Below are positions 12,441 through 27,400 of a stretch of DNA of 64,000 nucleotides, piece after piece. The position numbers and the translations under genes are program-made. Within the stretch, counting starts at the first letter, position 1. Each line of letters starts with the position of its first letter. The notes beneath the pieces are model-generated. The model saw only the letters and a program-made list of their open reading frames with translations, was not told the origin of the DNA and searched no databases. This DNA is from Eledone cirrhosa (lineage: Eukaryota). The DNA lies in NCBI GenBank assembly GCA_964016885.1, contig OZ024742.1, forward strand, positions 97,464,001-97,528,000. The letters run 5' to 3'.

Positions 12441-15400
12441 GTATGTTGGTGGCTGTAGTTGTGTAATGGTGGCAGAAGTGGTATGTTGGTGGCTGTAGTT
12501 GTGTAATGGTGACAGAAATAGTGTGTTGGTGGCTGTAGTTGTGTAATGGTGGCAGAAGTGGTATGTTGGTGGCTGTAGTTGTGTAATGGTGGCAGAAGTG
12601 GTATGTTGGTGGCTGTAGTTGTGTAATTGTGGCAGAAGTGGTGTGTTGGTGGCTGTAGTTGTTTAATGGTGGCAGAAGTGGTGTGTTGGTGGCTATAGTT
12701 GTTTAATGGTGGCAGAAGTGGTGTGTTGGTGGATGTAGTTGTGTAATGGTGGCAGAAGTGGTGTGTTGGTGGCTGTAGTTGTGTAATGGTGGCAGAAGTG
12801 GTGTGTTGGTGGTTGTAGTTGTGTAATGGTGGCAGAAGTGGTGTGTTTGTGGCTGTAGTTGTGTAATGGTGGCAGAAGTGGTGTGTTGGTGGCTGTAGTT
12901 GTGTAATGGTGGCAGAAGTGGTATGTTGGTGGCTGTAGTTGTGTAATGGTGGCAGAAGTCGTGTGTTGGTGGTTGTTGTTGTGTAATGATGGCATAAGTG
13001 GTATGTTGGTGGCTGTAGTTGTGTAATGGTGGCAGAAGTGGTGTGTTGGTGGCTGTAGTTGTGTAATGGTGGCAGAAGTGGTGTGTTGGTGGTTGTAGTT
13101 GTGTAATGGTGGCAGAAGTGGTGTGTTTGTGGCTGTAGTTGTGTAATGGAGGCAGAAGTGGTAAGTTGGTGGCTGTAGTTGTGTAATGGTGGCAGAAGTG
13201 GTGTGTTGCTGGCTGTAGTTGTGTAATGGTGGCAGAAGTGGTGTGTTGGTGGCTGTAGTTGTGTAATGGTGGCAGAAAAAGTGTGTTGGTGGCTGTAGTT
13301 AGGTAATGGTGGCAGAAGTCGTATGTTGTTGGTTGTAGTTGTGTAATGGTGACAGAAGTGGTGTGTTGGTGGTTGTAGTTGTGTAATGATGGGAGAAGTG
13401 GTATGTTGGTGGCTGTAGTTGTGTAATGGTGGCAGAAGTGGTGTGTTGGTGGCTGTAGTTGTGTAATGGTGGCAGAAATAGTGTGTTGGTGGCTGTAGTT
13501 GTGTAATGGTGGCATAAATAGTACGTTGGTGGCTGTAGATGTCTAATGGTGGCAGAAATGGTGTGTTGGTGGCTGTAGATGTGTAATGATTGCAGAAGTG
13601 GTGTGTTGGTGGCTGTAGTTGTGTAATGGTGGCAGAAGTGGTGTGTTGGTGGCTGTAGTTGTGTAATGGTGGCAGAAGTGGTGTGTTGCTGGCTGTAGTT
13701 GTGTAATGGTGGCAGAAGTGGTATGTTGGTGGCTGTAGTTGTGTAATGGTGGCAGAAGTGGTGTGTTGGTGGCTGTAGTTGTGTAATGGTGGCAGAAGTG
13801 GTATGTTGGTGGGTGTAGTTGTGTAATGATGGCAGAAGTGGTGTGTTGGTGGCTGTAGTTGTGTAATGGTGGCAGAAGTGGTGTGTTGGTGGCTGTAGTT
13901 GTGTATTGATGGGAGAAGTGGTGTGTTGGTTGCTGTAGTTGTGTAATGGTGGTAGAAGTGGTGTGTTGGTGGCTGTAGTTGTGTAATGGTGGCAGAAGTG
14001 GTGTGTTGGTGGCTGTAGTTGTGTAATGGTGGCAGAAGTGGTGTGTTGCTGGCTGTAGTTGTGTAATGGTGGCAGAAGTGGTGTGTTGGTGGCTGTAGTT
14101 GTGTAATGGTGGCTGAAGTCGTGTGTTGGTGGTTGTAGTTGTGTAATGATGGCAGAGGTGGTATGTTGGTGGCTGTATTTGTGTAATGGTGGCAGAAGTG
14201 GTGTGTTGGTGGCTGTAGTTAGGTAATGGTGGCAGAAGTGGTATGTTGCTGGCTGTAGTTGTGTAATGGTGGCTGAAGTCGTGTGTTGGTGGTTGTAGTT
14301 GTGTAATGATGGCAGAAGTGGTGTGTTGGTGGCTGTAGTTAGGTAATGGTGGCAGAAGTGGTATGTTGGTGGCTGTAGTTGTGTAATGGTGGCAGAAGTG
14401 ATATGTTGGTGGCTGTAGTTGTGTAATGGTGGCAGAAGTGGTGTGTTGGTGGCTGTAGTTGTGTAATGGTGGCAGAAGTGGTGTGTTGGTGGCTGTAGTT
14501 GTGTAATGGTGGCAGAAGTGGTGTGTTGGTGGTTGTAGTTGTGTAATGGTGGCAGAAGTGGTGTGTTGGTGGCTGTAGTTGTGTAATGGTGGCAGAAGTG
14601 GTGTGTTGGTGGCGGTTGTTGTGTAATGGTGGCAGAAGTGATGTGTTGGTGGCTGTAGTTGTGCAATGGTGGCAGAAGTGGTGTGTTGCTGGCTGTAGTT
14701 GTGTAATGGTGGCAGAAGTGGTATGTTGGTGGCTGTAGCTGCGTAATGGTGGCAGAAGTGGTATGTTGGTGGCTGTAGTTGTGTAATGGTGGCAGAAGTG
14801 GTATGTTGGTGGCTGTAGTTGTGTAATGGTGGCAGAAATAGTGTATTGGTGGCTGTAGTTGTGTAATGATGGCAGAAGTGGTGTATTGGTGGCTGTAGTT
14901 GTGTAATGGTGGCAGAAGTGGTGTGTTGTTGGTTGTAGTTGTGTAACAGTGGTAGACGTGGTATGTTGGTGGCTGTAGTTGTGTAATGATGACAGAAGTG
15001 GTGTGTTGGTGGCTGTAGTTGTGTAATGATGGCAGAAGTGGTATGTTGGTGGCTGTAGTTGTGTAATGGTGGCAGAAGTGGTGTGTTGGTGGCTGTAGTT
15101 GTGTAATGGTGGCAGAAAGAGTGTGTTGGTGGCTGTAGTTGTGTAATGGTGGCAGAAGTGGTGTGTTGGTGGCTGTAGTTGTGTAATGGTGGCAGAAATA
15201 ATACGTCGGTGGCTGTAGTTGTCTAATGGAGGCAGAAGTGGTGTGTCGGTGGCTGTAGTTGTGTAATGATTGCAGAAGTGGTGTGTTGGTGGCTGTAGTT
15301 GTGGAATGGTGGCAGAAGTGGTGTGTTGGTGGCTGTAGTTGTGTAATAGTGGCAGAAGTGGTGTGTTGCTGGCTGTAGTTGTGTAATGGTGGCAGAAGTG

Positions 15401-18400
15401 GTATGTTGGTGGCTGTAGTTGTGTAATGGTGGCAGAAGTGGTGTGTTGGTGGCTGTAGTTGTGTAATGATGGCAGAAGTGGTGTGTTGGTGGCTGTAGTT
15501 GTGTAATGGTGGCAGAAATAGTGTGTTGGTGGCTGTAGTTGTGTAATGGTGGCAGAAGTGGTTTGTTGGTGTCTGTAGTTGTGTATTGATGGGAGAAGAG
15601 GTGTGATGGTGGCTGTAGTTGTGTAATGGAGGTAGAAGTGGTGTGTTGGTGGCTGTAGATGTGTAATTATGGGAGAAGTGGTGTGTTGGTGGATGCAGTT
15701 GTGTAATGGAGATAGAAGTGGTGTGTTGGTGGCTGTAGTTGTGTAATTATGGGAGAAGTGGTGTGTTGGTGGCTGCAGTTGTGTAATGGTGGCAGAAGTG
15801 GTGTGTCGGTGGCTGTAGTCGTTTAATGATGGTAGAAGTGGTATGTTGGTGGCTGTAGTTGTGTAATGATGGCAGAAGTGGTGTGTTGGTGGTTGTAGTT
15901 GTGTAATGATGGCAGAAGTGGTGTGTTGGTGGCTGTAGTTGTGTAATGGTGGAAGAAGTGGTATGTTGGTGGCTGTATTTGTGTAATGATGACAGAAGTG
16001 GTATGTTGGTGGTTGTAGTTGTGTAATGATGGCAGAAGTGGTATGTTGGTGGCTGTAGTTGTGTAATGGTGGCAGAAGTGGTGTGTTGGTGGCTGTATTT
16101 GTGTAATGGTTGCAGAAGTGGTGTCTTGGTGGCTGTAGTTGTGTAATGGTGGCAGAAGTGGTGTGTTGGTGGCTGTAGTTGTGTAATGGTGGCAGAAGTG
16201 GTGTGTTGGTGACTGTAGTTGTGTAATGGTGGCAGAAGTGGTATGTTGCTGGCTGTAGTTGTGTAATGGTGGCAGAAGTGGTGTGTTGGTGGCTGTAGTT
16301 GTGTAATTGTGGCAGAAGTGGTTTGGGTGACTGTAGTTGTGTAATGGTGGCAGAAGTCGTGTGTTGGTGGCTGTAGTTGTGTAATGATGGCAGAAGTGTT
16401 ATGTTGGTGGCTGTAGTTGTGTAATGGTGGCAGAAATAGTGTGTTGGTGGCTGTAGTTGTGTAATGGTGGCAGAAATAGTGTGTTGGTGGCTGTAGTTCT
16501 GTAATGGTGGCAGACGTGGTGTGTTGGTGGCTGTAATTGTGTAATGGTGGCAGAAGTGGTGTGTTGGTGGCTGTAGTTGTGTAATGGTGGCGGAAGTGGT
16601 ATGTTGGTGCCTGTAGTTGTGTAATGGTGGCATAAATGGTGTGTTGGTGGCTGTAGTTGTGTAATGGCGGCAGAAGTGGTGTGTTGGTGGATGTAGTTGT
16701 GTAATGGTGGTAGAAGTGGTGTGTTGGTGGCTGTAGTTGTGTAATGGTGGCAGAAATGGTGTGTTGGTGGCAGTAGTTGTGTAATGGTGGCAGAAGTGGT
16801 GTGTTGGTGGCTGTAGTTGTGTAATGGTGGCAGAAGTGGTGTGTTGGTGGTTGTAGTTGTGCAATGGTGGCAGAAATGGTGTGTTGGTGGCTGTAGTTGT
16901 GTAATGATGGCAGAAGTGGTGTATTGGTGGCTGTAGTTGTGTAATGGTGGCAGAAGTGGTGTGTTGTTGGTTGTAGTTGTGTAACAGTGGTAGACGTGGT
17001 GTGTTGGTGGCTGTAGTTGTGTAATGGTGGCAGAAGTGGTGTGTTAGTGGCTGTAGTTGTGTAATGGTGGCAGAAGTGGTGTGTTTGTGGCTGTAGTTGT
17101 GTAATGGTGGCAGAAGTGGTGTGTTGGTAGCTGTAGTTGTGTAATGGTGGCAGAAGTGGTGTGTTGGTGGTTGTAGTTCTGTAATGGTGGCAGAGTGGTG
17201 TGTTGATGGCTGTAGTTGTGTAATGGTGGCAGAAGTGGTATGTTGGTGGATGTAGTTGTGTAATGGTGGCAGAAGTGGTGTGTTCGTGGCTGTAGTTGTG
17301 TAATGATGGCAGAAGTGGTGTATTGGTGGCTGTAGTTGTGTAATGGTGGCAGAAAAAGTGTGTTGGTGGCTGTAGTTAGGTAATGGTGGCAGAAGTAGTA
17401 TGTTGGTGGCTGTAGTTGTGTAATGATGACAGAAGTGGTGTGTTGGTGGCTGTAGTTGTGTAATGATGGCAGAAGTGGTATGTTGGTGGCTGTAGTTGTG
17501 TAATGGTGGCAGAAGTGGTGTGTTGGTGGCTGTAGTTGTGTAATGGTGGCAGAAAGAGTGTGTTGGTGGCTGTAGTTGTGTAATGGTGGCAGAAGTGGTG
17601 TGTTGGTGGCTGTAGTTGTGTAATGGTGGCAGAAATAATACGTCGGTGGCTGTAGTTGTCTAATGGAGGCAGAAGTGGTGTGTCGGTGGCTGTAGTTGTG
17701 TAATGATTGCAGAAGTGGTGTGTTGGTGGCTGTAGTTGTGGAATGGTGGCAGAAGTGGTGTGTTGGTGGCTGTAGTTGTGTAATAGTGGCAGAAGTGGTG
17801 TGTTGCTGGCTGTAGTTGTGTAATGGTGGCAGAAGTGGTATGTTGGTGGCTGTAGTTGTGTAATGGTGGCAGAAGTGGTGTGTTGGTGGCTGTAGTTGTG
17901 TAATGATGGCAGAAGTGGTGTGTTGGTGGCTGTAGTTGTGTAATGGTGGCAGAAATAGTGTGTTGGTGGCTGTAGTTGTGTAATGGTGGCAGAAGTGGTT
18001 TGTTGGTGTCTGTAGTTGTGTATTGATGGGAGAAGAGGTGTGATGGTGGCTGTAGTTGTGTAATGGAGGTAGAAGTGGTGTGTTGGTGGCTGTAGATGTG
18101 TAATTATGGGAGAAGTGGTGTGTTGGTGGATGCAGTTGTGTAATGGAGGTAGAAGTGGTGTGTTGGTGGCTGTAGTTGTGTAATTATGGGAGAAGTGGTG
18201 TGTTGGTGGCTGCAGTTGTGTAATGGTGGCAGAAGTGGTGTGTCGGTGGCTGTAGTTGTTTAATGATGGTAGAAGTGGTATGTTGGTGGCTGTAGTTGTG
18301 TAATGATGGCAGAAGTGGTGTGTTTGTGGTTGTAGTTGTGTAATGAGGGCAGAAGTGGTGTGTTGGTGGCTGTAGTTGTGTAATGGTGGAAGAAGTGGTA

Positions 18401-21400
18401 TGTTGGTGGCTGTATTTGTGTAATGATGACAGAAGTGGTATGTTGGTGGTTGTAGTTGTGTAATGATTGCAGAAGTGGTATGTTGGTGGCTGTAGTTGTG
18501 TAATGGTGGCAGAAGTGGTGTGTTGGTGGCTGTAGTTGTGTAATGGTTGCAGAAGTGGTGTCTTGGTGGCTGTAGTTGTGTAATGGTGGCAGAAGTGGTG
18601 TGTTGGTGGCTGTAGTTGTGTAATGGTGGCAGAAGTGGTGTGTTGGTGACTGTAGTTGTGTAATGGTGGCAGAAGTGGTATGTTGCTGGCTGTAGTTGTG
18701 TAATGGTGGCAGAAGTGGTGTGTTGGTGGCTGTAGTTGTGTAATTGTGGCAGAAGTGGTTTGGGTGACTGTAGTTGTGTAATGGTGGCAGAAGTCGTGTG
18801 TTGGTGGCTGTAGTTGTGTAATGATGGCAGAAGTGTTATGTTGGTGGCTGTAGTTGTGTAATGGTGGCAGAAATAGTGTGTTGGTGGCTGTAGTTGTGTA
18901 ATGGTGGCAGAAATAGTGTGTTGGTGGCTGTAGTTCTGTAATGGTGGCAGACGTGGTGTGTTGGTGGCTGTAATTGTGTAATGGTGGCAGAAGTGGTGTG
19001 TTGGTGGCTGTAGTTGTGTAATGGTGGCGGAAGTGGTATGTTGGTGCCTGTAGTTGTGTAATGGTGGCATAAATGGTGTGTTGGTGGCTGTAGTTGTGTA
19101 ATGGCGGCAGAAGTGGTGTGTTGGTGGCTGTAGTTGTGTAATGGTGGTAGAAGTGGTGTGTTGGTGGCTGTAGTTGTGTAATGGTGGCAGAAATGGTGTG
19201 TTGGTGGCAGTAGTTGTGTAATGGTGGCAGAAGTGGTGTGTTGGTGGCTGTAGTTGTGTAATGGTGGCAGAAGTGGTGTGTTGGTGGTTGTAGTTGTGCA
19301 ATGGTGGCAGAAATGGTGTGTTGGTGGCTGTAATTGTGTAATGGTGGCAGAAGTGGTGTGTTGGTGGCTGTCGTTGTGTAATGGTGGCAGAAGTGGTATG
19401 TTGGTGGCTGTAGTTGTGTAATGATGGCACAAGTTGTGTGTTGGTGGCTGTAGTTGTGTAATGGTGGCAGAAGTGGTTTGGGTGACTGTAGTTGTGTAAT
19501 GGTGGCAGAAGTGGATGTTGGCGGCTGTAGTTGTGTAATGGTGGCAGAAGTGGTTTGGGTGACTGTAGTTGTGTAATGGTGGCAGAAGTGGTATGTTGCT
19601 GGCTGTAGTTGTGTAATGGTGGCAGAAATAGTGTGTTGGTGGCTGTAGTTGTGTAATCATGGCAGAAATAGTGTGTTGGTGGCTGTAGTTGTGTAATGGT
19701 GGCAGAAGTGGTGTGTTGGTGGCTGTAGTTGTGTAATGGTGGCAGAAGTGGTGTGTTGGTGGCTGTAGTTGTGTAATGATGGAAGAAGTGGTATGTTGGT
19801 GGCTGTAGTTGGGTAATGGTGGCAGAAGTGGTATGTTGTTGGCTGTAGTTGTGTAATGATGGCAGAAGTGGTGTATTGGTGGCTGTAGTTGTGTAATCGT
19901 GGCAGAAGTGGTGAGTTGGTGGCTGTAGTTGTGTAATCGTGGCAGAAGTGGTGTGTTGGTGGCTGTAGTTGTGTAATGGTGGCAGAAGTGGTATGTTGGT
20001 GGCTGTAGTTGTGTATTGATCGCAGAAGTGGTGTATTGGTGGCTGTAGTTGTGTAATGGTGGTAGAAGTGGTGTGTTGGTGGCTGTAGTTGTGTAATGGT
20101 GGCAGAAGTGGTGTGTTGGTGGTTGTAGTTGTGTAATGGTGACAGAAGTGGTGTGTTGGTGGCTGTAGTTGTGTAATGGTGGCAGAAGTGGTATGTTGGT
20201 GGCTGTAGTTGTGTATTGATCGCAGAAGTGGTGTATTGGTGGCTGTAGTTGTGTAATGGTGGTAGAAGTGGTGTGTTGGTGGCTGTAGTTGTGTAATGGT
20301 GGCAGAAGTGGTGTGTTGGTGGCTGTAGTGGTGTAATGGTGGCAGAAGTGGTATGTTGGTAGCTGTAGTTGTGTAATGGTGGCAGAAATGGTGTATTGGT
20401 GGCTGTAGTTGTGTAATGGTGGCAGAAGTGGTGTGTTGGTGGCTGTAGTTGTGAGAAGGTGGCAGAAGTGGTATGTTGGTGGCTGTAGTTGTTTAATGGT
20501 GACAGAAGTGGTATGTTGGTGGCTGTAGTTGTGTAATGGTGGCAGAAGTGGTGTGTTGGTGGTTGTAGTTGTGTAATGGTGGCAGAAGTGGTGTGTTGGT
20601 GGCTGTAGTTGTGTAATGGTGGCAGAAGTGGTGTGTTGGTGGCTCTAGTTGTGGAATGGTGGCAGTAGTGGTGTGTTGGTGGCTGTAGTTGTGTAATGGT
20701 GGCAGAAGTGGTGTGTTGGTGGCTGTAGTTGTATAATGGTGGCAGAAGTGGTGTATTGGTGGCTGTAGTTGTTTAATGGTGGCAGAAGTGGTGTGTTGGT
20801 GGCTGTAGTTGTGAGAAGGTGGCAGAAGTGGTATGTTGGTGGCTGTAGTTGTGTAATGGTGGCAGAAGTGGTATGTTGGTGGCTGTAGTTGTGTAATGGT
20901 GGCAGAAGTGGTGTGTTGGTGGCTGTAGTTGTGTAATGATGGCAGAAGTGGTGTGTTGGTGGCTGTAGTTGTGTAATGATGGCAGAAATAGTGTGTTGGT
21001 GGCTGTAGTTGTGTAATGGTGGCAGAAGTGGTTTGTTGGTGTCTGTAGTTGTGTATTGATGGGAGAAGAGGTGTGATGGTGGCTGTAGTTGTGTAATGGA
21101 GGTAGAAGTGGTGTGTTGGTGGCTGTAGATGTGTAATTATGGGAGAAGTGGTGTGTTGGTGGATGCAGTTGTGTAATGGAGGTAGAAGTGGTGTGTTGGT
21201 GGCTGTAGTTGTGTAATTATGGGAGAAGTGGTGTGTTGGTGGCTGCAGTTGTGTAATGGTGGCAGAAGTGGTGTGTCGGTGGCTGTAGTTGTTTAATGAT
21301 GGTAGAAGTGGTATGTTGGTGGCTGTAGTTGTGTAATGATGGCAGAAGTGGTGTGTTTGTGGTTGTAGTTGTGTAATGATGGCAGAAGTGGTGTGTTGGT

Positions 21401-24400
21401 GGCTGTAGTTGTGTAATGGTGGAAGAAGTGGTATGTTGGTGGCTGTATTTGTGTAATGATGACAGAAGTGGTATGTTGGTGGTTGTAGTTGTGTAATGAT
21501 TGCAGAAGTGGTATGTTGGTGGCTGTAGTTGTGTAATGGTGGCAGAAGTGGTGTGTTGGTGGCTGTAGTTGTGTAATGGTTGCAGAAGTGGTGTCTTGGT
21601 GGCTGTAGTTGTGTAATGGTGGCAGAAGTGGTGTGTTGGTGGCTGTAGTTGTGTAATGGTGGCAGAAGTGGTGTGTTGGTGACTGTAGTTGTGTAATGGT
21701 GGCAGAAGTGGTATGTTGCTGGCTGTAGTTGTGTAATGGTGGCAGAAGTGGTGTGTTGGTGGCTGTAGTTGTGTAATTGTGGCAGAAGTGGTTTGGGTGA
21801 CTGTAGTTGTGTAATGGTGGCAGAAGTCGTGTGTTGGTGGCTGTAGTTGTGTAATGATGGCAGAAGTGTTATGTTGGTGGCTGTAGTTGTGTAATGGTGG
21901 CAGAAATAGTGTGTTGGTGGCTGTAGTTGTGTAATGGTGGCAGAAATAGTGTGTTGGTGGCTGTAGTTCTGTAATGGTGGCAGACGTGGTGTGTTGGTGG
22001 CTGTAATTGTGTAATGGTGGCAGAAGTGGTGTGTTGGTGGCTGTAGTTGTGTAATGGTGGCGGAAGTGGTATGTTGGTGCCTGTAGTTGTGTAATGGTGG
22101 CATAAATGGTGTGTTGGTGGCTGTAGTTGTGTAATGGCGGCAGAAGTGGTGTGTTGGTGGCTGTAGTTGTGTAATGGTGGTAGAAGTGGTGTGTTGGTGG
22201 CTGTAGTTGTGTAATGGTGGCAGAAATGGTGTGTTGGTGGCAGTAGTTGTGTAATGGTGGCAGAAGTGGTGTGTTGGTGGCTGTAGTTGTGTAATGGTGG
22301 CAGAAGTGGTGTGTTGGTGGTTGTAGTTGTGCAATGGTGGCAGAAATGGTGTGTTGGTGGCTGTAATTGTGTAATGGTGGCAGAAGTGGTGTGTTGGTGG
22401 CTGTCGTTGTGTAATGGTGGCAGAAGTGGTATGTTGGTGGCTGTAGTTGTGTAATGATGGCACAAGTTGTGTGTTGGTGGCTGTAGTTGTGTAATGGTGG
22501 CAGAAGTGGTTTGGGTGACTGTAGTTGTGTAATGGTGGCAGAAGTGGATGTTGGCGGCTGTAGTTGTGTAATGGTGGCAGAAGTGGTTTGGGTGACTGTA
22601 GTTGTGTAATGGTGGCAGAAGTGGTATGTTGCTGGCTGTAGTTGTGTAATGGTGGCAGAAATAGTGTGTTGGTGGCTGTAGTTGTGTAATCATGGCAGAA
22701 ATAGTGTGTTGGTGGCTGTAGTTGTGTAATGGTGGCAGAAGTGGTGTGTTGGTGGCTGTAGTTGTGTAATGGTGGCAGAAGTGGTGTGTTGGTGGCTGTA
22801 GTTGTGTAATGATGGAAGAAGTGGTATGTTGGTGGCTGTAGTTGGGTAATGGTGGCAGAAGTGGTATGTTGTTGGCTGTAGTTGTGTAATGATGGCAGAA
22901 GTGGTGTATTGGTGGCTGTAGTTGTGTAATCGTGGCAGAAGTGGTGAGTTGGTGGCTGTAGTTGTGTAATCGTGGCAGAAGTGGTGTGTTGGTGGCTGTA
23001 GTTGTGTAATGGTGGCAGAAGTGGTATGTTGGTGGCTGTAGTTGTGTATTGATCGCAGAAGTGGTGTATTGGTGGCTGTAGTTGTGTAATGGTGGTAGAA
23101 GTGGTGTGTTGGTGGCTGTAGTTGTGTAATGGTGGCAGAAGTGGTGTGTTGGTGGTTGTAGTTGTGTAATGGTGACAGAAGTGGTGTGTTGGTGGCTGTA
23201 GTTGTGTAATGGTGGCAGAAGTGGTATGTTGGTGGCTGTAGTTGTGTATTGATCGCAGAAGTGGTGTATTGGTGGCTGTAGTTGTGTAATGGTGGTAGAA
23301 GTGGTGTGTTGGTGGCTGTAGTTGTGTAATGGTGGCAGAAGTGGTGTGTTGGTGGCTGTAGTTGTGTAATGGTGGCAGAAGTGGTATGTTGGTAGCTGTA
23401 GTTGTGTAATGGTGGCAGAAATGGTGTATTGGTGGCTGTAGTTGTGTAATGGTGGCAGAAGTGGTGTGTTGGTGGCTGTAGTTGTGAGAAGGTGGCAGAA
23501 GTGGTATGTTGGTGGCTGTAGTTGTTTAATGGTGACAGAAGTGTTATGTTGGTGGCTGTAGTTGTGTAATGGTGGCAGAAGTGGTGTGTTGGTGGTTGTA
23601 GTTGTGTAATGGTGGCAGAAGTGGTGTGTTGGTGGCTGTAGTTGTGTAATGGTGGCAGAAGTGGTGTGTTGGTGGCTCTAGTTGTGGAATGGTGGCAGTA
23701 GTGGTGTGTTGGTGGCTGTAGTTGTGTAATGGTGGCAGAAGTGGTGTGTTGGTGGCTGTAGTTGTATAATGGTGGCAGAAGTGGTGTATTGGTGGCTGTA
23801 GTTGTGTAATGGTGGCAGAAGTGGTGTGTTGGTGGCTGTAGTTGTGAGAAGGTGGCAGAAGTGGTATGTTGGTGGCTGTAGTTGTTTAATGGTGACAGAA
23901 GTGGTATGTTGGTGGCTGTAGTTGTGTAATGGTGGCAGAAGTGATATGTTGGTGGCTGTCGTTGTGTAATGGTGGCAGAAGTGGTGTGTTGGTGGCTGTA
24001 GTTGTGTAATGGTGGCAGAAGTGGTGTGTTGGTGGCTGTAGTTGTGTAATGGTGGCAGAAGTGGTATGTTGCTGGCTGTAGTTGTGTAATGGTGGCTGAA
24101 GTCGTGTGTTGGTGGTTGTAGTTGTGTAATGATGGCAGAAGTGGTATGTTGGTGGCTGTAGTTGTGTAATGGTGGCAGAAGTGGTGTGTTGGTGGCTGTA
24201 GTTAGGTAATGGTGGCGGAAGTGGTATGTTGGTGGCTGTAGTTGTGTAATGGTGGCAGAAGTGATATGTTGGTGGCTGTAGTTGTGTAATGGTGGCAGAA
24301 GTGGTGTGTTGGTGGCTGTAGTTGTGTAATGGTGGCAGAAGTGGTGTGTTGGTGGTTGTAGTTGTGTAATGGTGGCAGAAGTGGTGTGTTGGTGGCTGTA

Positions 24401-27400
24401 GTTGTGTAATGGTGGCAGAAGTGGTGTGTTGGTGGCTCTAGTTGTGGAATGGTGGCAGTAGTGGTGTGTTGGTGGCTGTAGTTGTGTAATGGTGGTAGAA
24501 GTGGTGTGTTGGTGGCTGTAGTTGTGTAATGGTGGCTGAAGTCGTGTGTTGGTGGTTGTAGTTGTGTAATGATGGCAGAAGTGGTATGTTGGTGGCTGTC
24601 GTTGTGTAATGGTGGCAGAAGTGGTGTGTTGGTGGCTGTAGTTAGGTAATGGTGGCAGAAGTGGTATGTTGGTGGCTGTAGTTGTGTAATGGTGGCAGAA
24701 GTGGTGTGTTGGTGGCTGTAGTTAGGTAATGGTGGCGGAAGTGGTATGTTGGTGGCTGTAGTTGTGTAATGGTGGCAGAAGTGATATGTTGGTGGTTGTA
24801 GTTGTGTAATGGTGGCAGAAGTGGTGTGTTGGTGGCTGTAGTTGTGTAATGGTGGCAGAAGTGGTGTGTTGGTGGCTCTAGTTGTGGAATGGTGGCAGTA
24901 GTGGTGTGTTGGTGGCTGTAGTTGTGTAATGGTGGCAGAAGTGGTGTGTTGGTGGCTGTAGTTGTGTAATGGTGGCTGAAGTCGTGTGTTGGTGGTTGTA
25001 GTTGTGTAATGATGGCAGAAGTGGTATGTTGGTGGCTGTCGTTGTGTAATGGTGGCAGAAGTGGTGTGTTGGTGGCTGTAGTTAGGTAATGGTGGCAGAA
25101 GTGGTATGTTGGTGGCTGTAGTTGTGTAATGGTGGCAGAAGTGATATGTTGGCGGCTGTCGTTGTGTAATGGTGGCAGAAGTGGTGTGTTGGTGGCTGTA
25201 GTTGTGTAATGGTGGCAGAAGTGGTGTGTTGGTGGCTGTAGTTGTGTAATGGTGGCAGAAGTGGTATGTTGCTGGCTGTAGTTGTGTAATGGTGGCTGAA
25301 GTCGTGTGTTGGTGGTTGTAGTTGTGTAATGATGGCAGAAGTGGTATGTTGGTGGCTGTAGTTGTGTAATGGTGGCAGAAGTGGTGTGTTGGTGGCTGTA
25401 GTTAGGTAATGGTGGCGGAAGTGGTATGTTGGTGGCTGTAGTTGTGTAATGTTGGCAGAAGTGATATGTTGGTGGCTGTAGTTGTGTAATGGTGGCAGAA
25501 GTGGTGTGTTGGTGGCTGTAGTTGTGTAATGGTGGCAGAAGTGGTGTGTTGGTGGTTGTAGTTGTGTAATGGTGGCAGAAGTGGTGTGTTGGTGGCTGTA
25601 GTTGTGTAATGGTGGCAGAAGTGGTGTGTTGGTGGCGGTAGTTGTGTAATGGTGGCAGAAATAGTATGTTGGTGGCTGTAGTCGTGTAATGGTGGCAGAA
25701 GTGGTGTGTTGGTGGCTGTAGTTGTGTAATGGTGGCAGAAAAAGTGTGTTGGTGGCTGTAGTTAGGTAATGCTGGCAGAAGTGGTATGTTGGTGGCTGTA
25801 GTTGTGTAATGGTGGCAGAAGTGGTGTGTTGGTGGTTGTAGTTGTGTAATGGTGACAGAAGTGGTGTGTTGGTGGCTGTAGTTGTGTAATGGTGGCAGAA
25901 GTGGTATGTTGGTGGCTGTAGTTGTGTAATCGTGGCAGAAATGGTGAGTTGGTGGCTGTAGTTGTGTAATGGTGTCAGAAGTAGTGTGTTGGTGGCTGTA
26001 GTTGTGTAATGGTGGCAGAAGTGGTGTGTTGGTGGCTGTAGTTGTGTAATGGTGGTAGAAGTGGTGTGTTGGTGGCTGTAGTTGTGTAATGGTGGCAGAA
26101 GTGCTGTGTTGGTGGCTGTAGTTGTGTAATGGTGGCAGAAGTGGTGTGTTGGTGGTTGTAGTTGTGTAATGGTGGCAGAAGTGGTGTGTTGGTGGCTGTA
26201 GTTGTGTAATGGTGGCAGAAGTGGTGTGTTGGTGGCTGTAGTTGTGTAATGGTGGCAGAAGTGGTGTGTTAGTGGCTGTAGTTGTGTAATGGTGGCAGAA
26301 GTGTTGTGTTGGTGGCTGTAGTTGTGTAATGGTGGCAGAAGTGGTGTGTTGGTAGCTGTAGTTGTGTAATGGTGGCAGAAGTGGTGTGTTGGTGGTTGTA
26401 GTTGTGTAATGGTGGCAGAAGTGGTGTGTTGATGGCTGTAGTTGTGTAATGGTGGCAGAAGTGATATGTTGGTCGCTGTAGTTGTGTAATGGTGGCAGAA
26501 GTGGTGTGTTGGTGGCTGTAGTTGTGTAATGATGGCAGAAGTGGTGTATTGGTGGCTGTAGTTGTGTAATGGTGGCAGAAAAAGTGTGTTGGTGGCTGTA
26601 GTTAGGTAATGGTGGCAGAAGTAGTATGTTGGTGGCTGTAGTTGTGTAATGGTGACAGAAGTGGTGTGTTGGTGGCTGTAGTTGTGTAATGATGGCAGAA
26701 GTGGTATGTTGGTGGCTATAGTCGTGTAATGGTGGCAGAAGTGGTGTGTTGGTGGCTGTAGTTGTGTAATGGTGGCAGAAAGAGTGTGTTGGTGGCTGTA
26801 GTTGTGTAATGGTGGCAGAAGTGGTGTGTTGGTGGCTGTAGTTGTGTAATGGTGGCAGAAATAATACGTCGGTGGCTGTAGTTGTCTAATGGAGGCAGAA
26901 GTGGTGTGTTGGTGGCTGTAGTTGTGTAATGATTGCAGAAGTGGTGTGTTGGTGGCTGTAGTTGTGTAATGGTGGCAGAAGTGGTGTGTTGGTGGCTGTA
27001 GTTGTGTAATAGTGGCAGAAGTGGTGTGTTGCTGGCTGTAGTTGTGTAATGGTGGCAGAAGTGGTATGTTGGTGGCTGTAGTTGTGTAATGGTGGCAGAA
27101 GTGGTGTGTTGGTGGCTGTAGTTGTGTAATGATGGCAGAAGTGGTATGTTGGTGGCTGTAGTTGTGTAATGGTGGCAGAAGTGATGTGTTGGTGGCTGTA
27201 GTTGTGTAATGGTGGCAGAAATAGTGTGTTGGTGGCTGTAGTTGTGTAATGGTGGCAGAGTGGTTTGTTGGTGTCTGTAGTTGTGTATTGATGGGAGAAG
27301 TGGTGTGATGGTGGCTGTAGTTGTGTAATGGTGGTAGAAGTGGTGTGTTGGTGGCTGTAGTTGTGTAATTATGGGAGAAGTGGTGTGTTGGTGGCTGCAG